Below, piece after piece: positions 11,526-21,579 of a stretch of DNA of 45,235 bases. Source of the DNA: Chiloscyllium plagiosum (lineage: Eukaryota); the NCBI RefSeq assembly GCF_004010195.1, contig NC_057754.1:9577516-9622750 (forward strand). The letters are read 5' to 3'. Under the pieces are notes generated by a model, which saw nothing but the letters and a program-made list of their open reading frames with translations, was not told the origin of the DNA and made no database searches. Within the stretch, counting starts at the first letter, position 1. Each line of letters opens with the position of its first letter. The position numbers were made by a program, and so were the translations under genes.

Positions 11526-12656
11526 TTGGTCCAATACTGCCTCTTGGCATCCCTGATGGCTTTGCAGAGGTCTTATCTGGATTTCCTGTATTAGTCTGGA
11601 TCATTGTACTTGGTTCCCTTTTATTGACTCTGGCTAAAACTCTTGAAAAACTCTAATAAATTAGTCAGACACCATTTCCATTTCATGAAGCCAGGCTGAC
11701 TCTGATTAGATTTATGATTTTCCTGATGTTCAGCTTTTACTCTCTTAATAAATGATTCCAACACTTTGACGACAATAGAGGTTAGGATAATCCTCCTACA
11801 TTTGCCTGCTTTTTCCCTTTCTTGCTTTTGAATAGGAGCGTCACGTTGGGAATTTTCCAGTCCTCTGGTACTTCTCCAATGTCCAAGGATTTTTGGTTCA
11901 ATGCATCCGTTATTCCTAGCTACCACTATTAGGATCCTGGGATGCAAGTTAGGGAATAATTCACCATTAGCCCTATCAGTTTGTCTAATACTACTTCACT
12001 GGTGATTGTGATGGTACTTAATTTCTCCCCATAATCTTGAGCATTAATGGGATATTCAAAGTAGTTTCCATTGTAAAAACATCTGTTTAATTCCTCTGCC
12101 ATTTCTCTGTTCCCCATTGCTTTCTCTACCGATTCAGTTTCTAAGCGATCTTTGACCTTTCTCTTTCTTTTTGTATATTTAAAGTCTTGTCAGTTTTTAT
12201 ATTCCTCGCTAGTTTTCCCTCATAGTTTATTTTCTCACTTTTTATCATCTCAGTCCTCCTTTGCTGGTTTCTGATTTTATCCCAGTTTTCGGGGCTATCA
12301 CTGATGTTTTGCCTCCATATACACTTTTTTACTTTCAATTTGAATATTCTCCTTAATTTCCTTGGTGAGCCATGGTTGGATTCTCCCTCTCTCGGAATCT
12401 TTCCTCTTGTTTTTACCGAGAGTTTTAATGTCAATCACTGCTTGCTTACTGTCATTACGTTACAATTGACTACTGTATCTAACTCATTTCTTCACAATTC
12501 CCTTCAATTAAATTAAGGACAGTTGTCGTTGACCTAAGTTTCTTACTGTCAAACTGAAAATTAAATTCTATCATTTTATGATCGCAACTTTCTTAGAGAT
12601 CTTCTCTCCTAAGGTTGTTTATTAAGCCTGCCTCATTACCTATTACCAGATCCAAG

Positions 12657-12691
12657 ATAAAAATCACACAACACCATATTATAGTCCAACC
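12657..12691 (-). repeat. Short PLE family D terminal fragment
   Basis: TAAAAATCACACAACACCATATTATAGTCCAAC matches 39780-39812. Confidence 0.65.
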
Positions 12692-12827
12692 AAGAGAAAA
12701 GTTAGCCTCTTTCCCAATATCCGTAACTAAAGGGGTGATTTGTCCAGGAGATGACTGATATTTAAGTGGACGGTAAATTAGTATAGGACGGAGATGTGCA
12801 TTGTTATTATGCAATATGGTATTCATT

Positions 12828-13148
12828 GGGCAGCATGGTGGTTCAGTGGTTAGCACAGTTGCCTCACAGCACCAGGGACCTGGATTTGATTCCAGCCTCA
12901 GGTGACTGTCTGTGTGAAGGTTGCACATTCTCCCCGTGTCTGTGTGGGTTTCCTCCGGGTGCTCTGGTTTCCTCCCACAGTCCAAAGATGTGCAGGTCAG
13001 GTGAATTGGCCATGCTAAATTGCCCGTAGTGTTAGGTGCATTAGTCAGAGGGTAATGGGTGTAGATGGGTTACTCTTCAGAGGGTTGCTGTGGATGCGTT
13101 GGGCCGAAGAGCCTGTTTCCACACTGTAGGGAATCTAATTTTATCTAA
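12828..13148 (+). mobile_element. tRNA-derived V-SINE (HE1-like), full length
   Basis: A box TGGTTCAGTGG, B-box-like GATTTGATTCC, V-domain TGCACATTCTCCCCGTGTCTG.GTGGGTTTCCTCCGGGTGCTC.GGTTTCCTCCCACA, CR1-derived 3' end GGGCCGAAGAGCCTGTTTCC. Confidence 0.9.
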
Positions 13149-13659
13149 TATTCAATATGTTATTTGTGGCTCTCTGAACTTAATGTCTAATTATTTCTAG
13201 TTTTTTCTTATGAAGTTAACTCCATTATATATTTCTAGCCATTTGGCACATTTGAATCCATGAGACTTTGTCTAAATCCCTGTGACCCTGCAAGTTTATT
13301 TCTTTCAAGCGCCCATCTAAATGTCAGTTTGAAATTGTTGATTGGCTCTGCTTCCTTGACTCTCCCAGTGGTGATTTTCATCCCATGAGCACATCCAGCT
13401 GAAATAAAAATATTCCTGAGATCCTTTTTTTCCAAATCAGTGAATCTACATTTATGTGAAAGTTGATATTTAGGGTCAGCGATTTTTTTCCTGTGACCGG
13501 GACATGAAGCAGCGAGCGTGGGTTAGCATGAATCATTGCCTTCAGGGGAATGGGGAGAGTGTCTACAGTGGAGTGGGATGGAGATGTTCAGCTTGTGGGT
13601 TATGAAATGTTCTACTAAAAAGTAGAATTGTTCAGAATTTCTATCCTGTACTGACAGTG

Positions 13660-13684
13660 ATTTTTTTGTAAATGTGTTTTACAG
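13660..13684 (+). promoter_or_regulatory. 3' splice acceptor of ZNF gene 1 terminal exon
   Basis: CTGACAGTGATTTTTTTGTAAATGTGTTTTACAG|; similar to the acceptors at 21481 and 28530. Confidence 0.7.
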
Positions 13685-13974
13685 AATGTGAAATGGAGAG
13701 GATTGGAAATCTCAAAGATCTGACACAGTCAATCAATTAATTGAGTCTCGAAACTCATTGGCGTGGAATCGAGTGAAATGTCGATCAGTTCTGTTTGCTG
13801 CCAAAGGTTTTGAACATCAGACAGAATGGAAAGGCACCAAGGCATATGCATGAGGGTGAACTGACAGTGGAAAGAGAGTAGAAACATTTCTTACTGTTCA
13901 TAACGGGGAGAGACTGCACATGTGTTCTACCTCATGGACAAGGCTCTAACTGGTCATTCAACCTGAAAGGGCAC

Positions 13975-14748
13975 ATGGAGAACCTCAATATGGAGCGGCC
14001 ATGGAAATGTGCAGACTGTGGGAAAGGATTCAGATCCCCATCTAAGCTGGAGATTCATTGTCGCAGCCACACTGGGGAGAGACCATTCACCTGCTCCATG
14101 TGTGGCAAGGGCTTCACTGATTCATCCAACCTGCAGAAACATCAGCGACTTCACACAGGGGAGAGGCCGTTCAACTGCTCCGAGTGTGGAAAGGAATTCA
14201 CTTTGCTATCCAAGCTGCTGACCCACCAGCGAGTTCACACCCGGGAGAAACCTTTCACTTGCTCGGAGTGTGGGAGAGGATTCACTCAGTCATCCAACCT
14301 GCTGAAACACCAACAGGTCCATGCTGGGGACAAACCGTTCCCTTGCTCTGAGTGTGGGAAGGCGTTCACGCAGTTATCTCACCTGCTGACACACCAGAGG
14401 GTTCACACTCGGGAGAGACCGTTCATTTGTTCAGAGTGCAGGAAGGGATTCACTCAGTCATCCCACCTGCTGACCCACCAGCGGGTTCACACCAGGGAGA
14501 GGCCGTTCACTTGCTCTGTGTGCGGGAAGGGATTCAGTGACTCATCCAATCTGCAGAAACACCAGCGAGTTCACACCGGGGAGAGGCCATTTGTCTGCTT
14601 GGAGTGTGGGAAGGGATTCACTCAGTTATCCCACTTGCAGACGCATCAGCGGGTTCACACCAAACAGAGACCATTTACCTGCTCTGTGTGTAGGCAGAGG
14701 TTCACTGATTCCTCCAACCTGGAGATACACCAGCGAGATCACAAGTAG
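13975..14748 (+). CDS. Tandem C2H2 zinc-finger protein, 9 fingers, 257 aa, no effector domain seen
   Basis: Open ORF with nine CxxC-x12-HxxxH units and TGERPF-type linkers; ATG context CACATGG; acceptor upstream and AATAAA downstream. Confidence 0.93.
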   Translation: MENLNMERPWKCADCGKGFRSPSKLEIHCRSHTGERPFTCSMCGKGFTDSSNLQKHQRLHTGERPFNCSECGKEFTLLSKLLTHQRVHTREKPFTCSECGRGFTQSSNLLKHQQVHAGDKPFPCSECGKAFTQLSHLLTHQRVHTRERPFICSECRKGFTQSSHLLTHQRVHTRERPFTCSVCGKGFSDSSNLQKHQRVHTGERPFVCLECGKGFTQLSHLQTHQRVHTKQRPFTCSVCRQRFTDSSNLEIHQRDHK

Positions 14749-15007
14749 TTACAGGGGTCAGATTCTGCTTTCATTGCTGCTGTTAATTACATCCAGTGCT
14801 GAACGACAGTGGGTGAAGTCGGGCCTCTGGTTGGAGGGTGTCTTTCTGCTGGACTTGCTGGGCTGTCTGCTTGGTTTCCAGTAGCCTGATGCTGTTTGAG
14901 CTTGGACGGCACCTTTCCATTGAACTGATCTGCAAAAGCCAGACAATGTAGGTCTGTTTTATCCTGGATAGTTCATGGTGTTTTCCTACCACTACAGGTA
15001 TATCGAA

Positions 15008-15013
15008 AATAAA
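15008..15013 (+). terminator. Candidate poly(A) signal of ZNF gene 1
   Basis: AATAAA 260 nt after the stop codon. Confidence 0.55.
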
Positions 15014-15189
15014 TACATTTGCATCTGCTTCATAGAGTCTATAGCACAGGACCAAGCCAATTGGCTGAATTGGTCCATGCGAGTCCCCACCCTCCCCTTA
15101 TCATACTCCCCAAAAAATACCCCAACAACATACCCTTCTAATACTTTCTCCTTTATGAATGTATCCATTTCCCTGTAAAAGAATCCATG

Positions 15190-15468
15190 TGAGTTTTGAG
15201 AAGATTTGTAGCTCAGCTTGAGGTTTGGGACGTAGGTTTGCTCACTGAGTTGGAAGGTTTGTTTTCCAACGTTTTGTCACCATACTGGGTAACACCAGTG
15301 AGCCTCCGGTGAAGTGCTGGTATTTAACATGAGAAAACCCAAACACGTGACTAGAAAGCTGGCCACTAACACCAGTGCTTCACCGGAGGCTCACTGATGA
15401 TGTTACCTAGTATGGTGACGAAACGTCTGAAACTGAACCTTCCAGCTCAGCGAACAAACTTACATCCC
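15190..15468. mobile_element. Fold-back PLE element (family B) with 9-bp TSD
   Basis: Inverted arms ~15228-15321 and 15371-15467. GAATCCATG duplicated at 15181-15189 and 15469-15477. Confidence 0.88.
15385..15443 (+). ncRNA. Minimal type I hammerhead ribozyme motif, core intact
   Basis: TCA-CTGATGA(15394-15400)-T-GTTACC/TAGTAT/GGTGAC-GAAA-CGTC(15427)-TGA. Stem I TCA/TGA can extend via GGAGG/CCTTCC. Confidence 0.75.
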
Positions 15469-15930
15469 GAATCCATGCTGTTCAACTCAAGCACTCATGG
15501 TAGCAAGTGCCATATTCTCACCACTTGCTAGGCTAAGAGTTTTTTTTTTAAATGAAATCTTATTGGTTTATTGAAGCCTTTCATCATCATGAAATGTTCC
15601 ATCTGGTCACCCTTCACTCCTCTCTCTGTTAGAGCAAAGCCTCTCCTGAGGGTGAAATGCTCTCGGTTCTGATATTCTGTTGAATCTTCTCCAATGCCTC
15701 TATTTCCTTTCTCTAAATGGAGATCATGGATGGGGACAGTGGAGTTTACTTGTGGTTTGGAATTAATTGAACAGAACCTCCCCCATTTCTGAACTTCTCG
15801 CCCTGTGAAAAGGAGACCCACGTGGGGTTGTGCAAGGCTCATGGAACGTTGGTCCCTTGTTTCAAGGGGGTCGAGTTTTTTTTTGTTTTTCTTAATTTAT
15901 TCATGCAACATGGGATTTGCTGGCTGGGGT

Positions 15931-16160
15931 AGAAAACGAGGACTGCAGACGCTGGAGATCAGAGTCGAGAAGGTGTTGCTGGAAAAAAACAGCATCCCGG
16001 AAGCAGGAAAATTGACGTTTCGGGCCTAAGCCCTTCATCAGGAATGAGGCTGGCTGGTCGGCCAAAGGCGCTGAGAGATATATGGGAGGGGATGGGGCTT
16101 GAGGGAAGGTAACTGAGAATGCGATAGGGGGAGGAAGGTGAGGGAAAAAATGATAAGTGG
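15931..16160 (-). mobile_element. Penelope 3' terminal repeat (family A) with intact hammerhead core
   Basis: Minus strand 16041-16014: CTGATGA AGGGC TTAG GCCC GAAA CGTC. Homologous to 11330-11525. Confidence 0.85.
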
Positions 16161-16452
16161 CTGGCCATCATTTATTGTGTCCCTTCAGTTGCCCTTGAAG
16201 GTGATGGTGAGCTGTCTTCTTTAGCCATTGTTGTCCACGTGGTGTAGGTTGACCAAGAGAGGGAATTCCAGGATTTTGACCCAGAAACAATGAAGGAATG
16301 GTGATATGTTTCAAGTCAGGATGGGGAGTGGCTAGAAGAGGAATTTGCAGGTGGTTGTTTTCCCATGTATCTGATGCCCTGTTCTTTCAGGTGGAAATGT
16401 GTGTGGGTTTGGAAGGTGCTATCGAAGAATCTTGGTAAATTTTTGCAGTGCA

Positions 16453-17195
16453 TAGAGTCGTAGAGACGTACAGCACGGAAGCAGACCCTTCGGTCCAACT
16501 CGTCTATGCTGACCAGATACCCTAACCTAATCTAGTCCCATTTTTCAGCCCTTGGCCCACATCCCTCTAAATCCTTCCTATTCAGATACTCATCCAAATA
16601 CCTTTTAAATGTTACAATTGTACCAGCCTCCACCACTTTCTCTGGCAGCTCATTCCATACACACACCACTCTCTGCATGAAAACGATGCTCCTTAGGTCT
16701 CTTTTATATCTTTCCCCTCTCACCCTAAACCTATGCCCTCTAGTTCTGGACTCCCCCAGCCCAGGGAAAAGATCTTGTCTATTTATCCTATCCATGCCCC
16801 TCATGATTTTATAAACCTCAATAAGGTCAACCCTCAACCTCCGCTCCAGGGAAAACAGCCCCAGCCTATTCAGCCTCTCTCTGTAGCTCAAATCCTCCAA
16901 CCCTGGCAACATCCTTGTAAATCTTTTCTGAACCCTTTCAAGTTTCACAACATCCTTCCCAGAGGAAAGAGATCAGAATTGCACACAATACTCCAAAAGT
17001 GGTCTAACCGATGTCCTATACAGCCGCAACATGACCTCCCAACTCCTATACTCAGTACTCTGACCAATAAAGGAAAGCATACCAAATGCCGCCTTCTCTA
17101 TTCTATCTACCTGTGACTCTACTTTCAAGGAGCTATGAACCTGCACTCCAAGGTCTCTTTGTTCAGCAACACTCCCCAGGACCTTACCATTAAGT
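16453..17195 (-). mobile_element. CR1 LINE 3' portion, well preserved
   Basis: ORF 16532-16948: KLERVQKRFTRMLPGLEDLSYRERLNRLGLFSLE... Confidence 0.93.
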
Positions 17196-17924
17196 GCATC
17201 TTGTAGATAGTACTGCTGTTACTAAGTGTCAGTGGTGGAGGGAATGGATTTGGTGTGAATCAAGGGGGCTGCTTTATACAGGATGGTGTCAAGTTTCTTT
17301 GAGTGTTGTTGGAGCTGCACCCATCTAAACAAGTGGAGAGTATTCCATCACACTCCTGTCTTCTGTCTTGTAGTTGGTGGACAAGCTCTATGAGTTATTT
17401 GCTGCAGTATTCCCAGCCTCTGACTTGCTCTTGTAGCCACTGTGTTTTGCAGTGATTCCAGTCGGGTTTCTGGTCATTGGCAACCCCTAAGATATTGATA
17501 GGAAGATTCAGTGATGTCATGGCGCATTGGTTCGATTGTCTCTTATTACAGATGATCATTATCTTTCTTTTGTGTGCTGCGAATTTTACTTGCCACTCAT
17601 CAGCCAGATCCTATTGCATTTGAACATGGACTGTTTCAGTAACCGAGCAGTCGTAAATGATCTTGAACCATAGAAGAGTGTATGAGCAGGAAAGCCTTAC
17701 TGCACCTGTACAAGATGCTGGTGAGACCACGTCTGAAGTACTGAGAGTAGTTTTGGTTCTCTTATCTAAAGAAATATATTATTTAATTAGAAGCAGTTCA
17801 GAGAAGGTTCACTAGCATGATCCCCAATGCAGAGAGGATTGTCTTAAGAGCAAAGGTTAGACCTGTTGGAATTTAGAAGGAAGATGATGTCGTTGAAACA
17901 CAGGATTCCTAGGGGGCTTGACAG

Positions 17925-18613
17925 TGTTGGGGATGGCAGTAAATTGAGCAGTGGGTGACTTGCTCCTAGCGGTCCAATTTAGAAATACCGCGTCACACAA
18001 GCCTTGAGTATTGACAGGTTTATTTGAGATTCTGGATCAGTGGTGCTGGAAGAGCACAGCAATTCAGGCAGCATCCGAGGACAGGCAAAATCGACGTTTT
18101 GGGCAAAAGCCCTTCCCGAAATGTCGATTTTGCCTGTCCTCGGATGCTGCCTGAATTGCTGTGCTCTTCCAGCACCACTGATCCAGAATCTGGTTTCCAG
18201 CATCTGCAGTCATTGTTTTTACCAGGTTTATTTGAGAGTTCATGGGGAAAGACGAGGCGACCGAATAGCCGCAAGTCACTCCGAGATACAAAGAATCGCG
18301 TAATTATATAGGTTACAATCGTTTAGCAATTAGCAAACTGTTAATTGCAGGATAATGAGCAAGATGGCATCTTGCCCAGTCATTAGCTTCAGTCATGTAA
18401 TGTCTGGACAGTGTCAGTTAGTAGCTGACAAGCAGATGTTAGTAGACAATAGGTCCATGCAAAGGTATCAGTACAGCGGCAAGGCCAACCATCTTAGCTG
18501 GGCATGAGAAACACAAGATTTTAGCAGTCAGGCATGAAGATGGGATTCAAAATGGTTTCCAGGCTCTTAATATGTGACAAAATGGCTGCCATGAATCTCT
18601 CAATTCTCCCACA
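17925..18613 (-). mobile_element. Solo LTR (ERV/Gypsy-type)
   Basis: TGTTGGGGA...TCTCCCACA termini, (A)CAG on both sides, interrupts a CR1. On the minus strand, TATATAA (~18304-18310) precedes AATAAA. Confidence 0.65.
18027..18222. mobile_element. Young fold-back PLE element (family A variant): perfect 69-bp inverted arms, 15-bp TSD
   Basis: 18027-18095 is the exact reverse complement of 18123-18191. CAGGTTTATTTGAGA occurs at 18015-18029 and 18223-18237. Confidence 0.93.
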
Positions 18614-19034
18614 CAGAATAATTGCCAAGATGATGTTTCACCTCATGGGAGGGTATAGGACCACAAGGCATAGTCTCAGAATAAAGGAGTGCTAATTTAA
18701 GATTCAGATGAGGAATTTCTTCTGAGGGTTGAGTCTTTAAACCTCCTTGCCACAGAGAACTGTGTTATGGAACCCTTGTGTATATTTAATGCTGAGATAG
18801 ATCAGAAGGGGAATCAAGGGTTACAGGGAAAGGGCAGGAAAATAGAGTTGATGATTATCTGGTCAGTCACGGTCACGCTGGTGGAGCAGACTCAATAGGC
18901 TGAATGGCCCAATTCTAATCCTAATGTTTATTATCTGACGTTCTGGCCAATGAAGTATTGAACAAACATAAGGTGGAGACGTCAGGGTTGGACCTGGATG
19001 AGCAGAGTCAAAACTCAAACGACACCAAGTAATA

Positions 19035-19110
19035 GACACACACACACAATCTCTGCTTCCCTCCCTCTCTGTCTCTCTCTCCCTAACACTCTCTTGCTCA
19101 CTCTCACACG
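19035..19110. repeat. CA/CT-rich simple sequence
   Basis: ACACACACACAC...CTCTCTGTCTCTCTCT...CTCTCACAC. Confidence 0.6.
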
Positions 19111-19114
19111 TAAA

Positions 19115-19716
19115 CAATGGGGGGGATTATCTCATTCAAGATTCTTTTCTGTCAAAAAAGTGGACCTCAACTTAAAACATAGACAGAATCAAAGCAGGAC
19201 CTCACACCTAAAATGCATTCTCTAACCTGAGGTACCACCTATTGTACATTGATAAAACCTTTAATTATCGGTGGACAAAGACTTGAAAGTAATTTGCATT
19301 TTAATCAAGCAGGAGGTTGGAGGAACACAGCAAGCTAGGCAGCATCAGGAGATGGAGAAGTTGACATTTCTTCAGGAATGCTCCCCCTATCCCCACCTCC
19401 TGAAGAAGGATTATACCCAAAATGTCGACTTCTCCACCTCCTGATGCTGCCTGGCTTGCTGTGTTCCTCCAGCTCCCTGCTTGTCTACTTTGGATTCCAG
19501 CATCTTCTGTTTTTTTAAAACTTTAATTTTGCATTTTAATCAGCAGTCTGCTTCCTAACGATTAAAGGATTCAACTTTTAAAGTTGTTAACTTTTTGCTT
19601 ATCAATATTGTGTCTTATGTTTCCCTATCATACCATACCTGAGGACGGAGCAGAGCTCCGAAAGCTTGCAATTTCAAATAAACCCGTTGGACTATAACCT
19701 GGTGTTGTTGGTTTTT
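19115..19716 (+). mobile_element. Penelope family D 3' region with hammerhead motif (5' boundary uncertain)
   Basis: CTGAGGA C GGAGC AGA GCTCC GAAA GCTT (19639-19667) followed by CAAATAAACCCGTTGGACTATAACCTGGTGTTGT, which matches 39753-39942. Confidence 0.7.
19308..19527. mobile_element. Fold-back PLE element with 15-bp TSD nested in the family D element
   Basis: Arms 19308-19370 and 19420-19482. TTTGCATTTTAATCA at 19293-19307 and 19528-19542. Degenerate core CTGAAGA...ACCC-AAAA-TGTC at 19400-19426. Confidence 0.85.
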
Positions 19717-19717
19717 G

Positions 19718-20397
19718 AGACCTTCGAGTGCAGGTTCATAGCTCCTTGAAAGTGGAGTGTTAGGTAGATAGGATAGTGAAGAAAGCATTTGTTGTGCTTT
19801 CCTTTATTAGTCAGAGCATTGAGTATCGGAGTATGGAGGTCACGTTGTAGCTGTACAGGACAGTGGTTAGGCCAATTTTGGAATATTGTGTGCAATTCTG
19901 GTCTCCTTCCTATCGGAAGGATGTTGTGAAACTTGAAAGGGTTCAGAAAAGATTTACAAGGATGTTGCTAGGATTGGAGGATTTGAGCATAGGGAGAGAT
20001 TGAATAGGCTGGAGCATCTGAGGCTGAAGGGTGACCTTGGAGGATTATAAAATCATGATGGGTGTAGATTGAGTAAATAGACAGGGTCTTTTCCCTGGGT
20101 TGGGGGGAATTCAGAATTAGAGGGTATAGGTTTAGGGTGAGAGGGGAAAAGATTTAAAAGGGACCTAAGGTGCAACTTTTTCACACAGGGTGGTGTGTGT
20201 ATGGAATGGGTTGCCAGAGGAAGTGGTGGAGGCTGATTCAATTATAACATTTAAAAGGCATCTGGATGGATATGTGCTTGGAGGAATATGGGCCAAGAGC
20301 TGGCAAATGGGACTAGATTAGGTTAGGATATCTTGTCATCATGGATGAGTTGAATTGAAGGGTCTGTTTCTGTGCTGTACCACTCTGTGACTCTATA
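19718..20397 (+). mobile_element. CR1 LINE 3' portion
   Basis: Same family as 4912-5598; tail CTCTGTGACTCTATA. Confidence 0.9.
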
Positions 20398-20409
20398 AGT
20401 AAACCTAGA

Positions 20410-20750
20410 GTGACTCAGTGGTTAGCACTGCTGCCTTACAGCGCCAGGGACCCAGGTTCGATTCCAGCCTCAGGCAACTGTCTTTGTGGAGTTTGCACAT
20501 TCTCCCAGTGTCTGTATGGGTTTCCTCCGGATGCTCCTGGTTTTCCCCCAAAATCCAAAGATGTGCAGGTTAGGTGAATTGGCCATTCTAAATTGCCCAG
20601 AGTGTTCAGGGATGTGTAAGTTAGATGCATAAATCAGTGTAAATGAAGAATAATAGGGTAAGGGAATGGGTTTGGGTGGGTTACTCTTTGGAGGGTCGGT
20701 GTGGGCTTGTTGGGCCAAATGGCCTGTTTCTACACTGTAGGGATTCTATG
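20410..20750 (+). mobile_element. V-SINE (HE1-like)
   Basis: GTGACTCAGTGGTTAGCACTGCTGCC, B box GGTTCGATTCC, V-domain, 3' GGGCCAAATGGCCTGTTTC...GATTCTATG. Confidence 0.9.
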
Positions 20751-20879
20751 GTGGACAGCTTTCAGCTTTCACAGAATTACAGAAGGAGCCATTCGGCCCA
20801 TCGTGGCCGCAAAGGCTCGCTAAATGAGAATCATTACCTAAATGTTTCCTTGAATATGTCACCCCGTCAAAGAAGACAT

Positions 20880-21400
20880 TTGGGATGTTGCGGCCGCTGC
20901 ATTTGCACCTTCCACCTTCTCTCATTGCAAAGGACAGACTGGTGAATGGTCGGGTGATTGACGGAAGCTCTGGGCCAATAGAATCAGGGGACCGGACGTC
21001 CACGGACAATCGCAGGCGGGGCGTGCCTGGCATGGCGGCACGTGACCACCGCAGCCGGCGTCACCCCGGCGCAGGCGCAGCGTTGTCGCGGCCGCAAAGG
21101 TTGTGTTGCTCCTGACATGGAAGGGCCGTGATTGATAAGTGATATTAAATCTTCGCCAGGAAAGGAATGGAGCCGTTGAGTTGACCGTGAACAACTTATA
21201 GCTGTGCGTAGATACAAATTAGAAGGTCCCTTTCTCAAATCCGGAGGACGTGGCTGTGAGCTGCGGGGTTCCAGCAGCGCTGACCCTTCCGTTCTAAACC
21301 GCCATTTTTATTGGGGGAGGTAAATATTCAATAGGACGCATGCGCGGTAGCTGTGGTTATGAGGCAGCAAGCAGGAGAGCGCATGCGCTCCTATACCTGC
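20880..21400 (+). promoter_or_regulatory. CpG-island promoter, probably of ZNF gene 2
   Basis: Highest CpG density in the window. ETS CGGAAG 20962, CCAAT 20975, GC box GGGGCGTG 21018, YY1-like CATGGCGGC 21031 and CCGCCATTTT 21299, E-box CACGTGAC 21039, NRF1 sites at 21336-21345 and GAGCGCATGCGCTC 21377-21390. Confidence 0.8.
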
Positions 21401-21481
21401 ATGGTCTGGGTGGAGGATTGTATCTTCCAACTTATTTTGTAACGATTGACAGTAATTTTGTTTTATGAACTCCTTTCACAG

Positions 21482-21572
21482 ATTGTAAATACAGGAGGAT
21501 TTGCAAGTCAAGCCAAGGTTCAGGCAATTCGTCAGGACCCGATTATTTGAATGTGGAACGTGAAAGGTTTGT
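21482..21572 (+). pseudogene. Relic start of a ZNF terminal exon, possibly a 5' UTR exon
   Basis: Acceptor TTGACAGTAATTTTG...TTTCACAG|. GGAGGATT...TCAGGACC.GA...TTTGAATGTGGAA resembles 28531-28625. Candidate donor GAAAG|GTTTGT at 21566. Confidence 0.55.
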
Positions 21573-21579
21573 TCAACTT

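Larger units (their letters stand above)
7395..12655 (-). mobile_element. CR1 LINE split by nested PLE and Rex1 insertions (pieces 7395-8375, 8590-8700, 11640-12655)
   Basis: Colinear ORF2 pieces: VAKLADDTK (7898-8197), DFQKVLDRVLHERL, GFMKWKWCLTNLLEFF, GNREMAEELN, KINYEGKLARNIK. Confidence 0.8.
15905..17665 (-). mobile_element. Non-LTR retrotransposon 3' part (CR1/L2-superclade-like, distinct family), interrupted by PLE and CR1 insertions
   Basis: 17195-17665 minus strand encodes LSTNYK..DRSVMEYSPL..GAAPTTLK. The 3' UTR continues at 16160-16452 (the GTGCAT junction is repeated on both sides of the CR1 insert). Confidence 0.7.
17670..18932 (+). mobile_element. CR1 3' portion split by a solo LTR (17670-17924 and 18614-18932)
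   Basis: LYKMLVRPRL.Y...AVQRRFT, then GGGGCTTGACAG|...|GATGTTTC...GTCTCAGAATAAAGG...GGCTGAATGGCC. Confidence 0.75.

Noticed and set aside
12828..12905. tRNA gene (also at 20410-20470)
   Set aside because: The A/B boxes are the tRNA-derived head of a V-SINE; no complete cloverleaf.
17979..18311. Near-identical ORFs on both strands
   Set aside because: These are a by-product of the DNA palindrome, not genes.
21180..21310. Possible Pol III type-3 small RNA gene (PSE-like TTGACCGTGA, TACAAAT, GC hairpin, TTTTT)
   Set aside because: PSE-to-TATA spacing is about 5 nt shorter than in U6 and the TATA match is poor. The body resembles no snRNA, Y, vault, 7SK or RNase P/MRP RNA that I recall, and the T-run is explained by the YY1 motif CCGCCATTTT.
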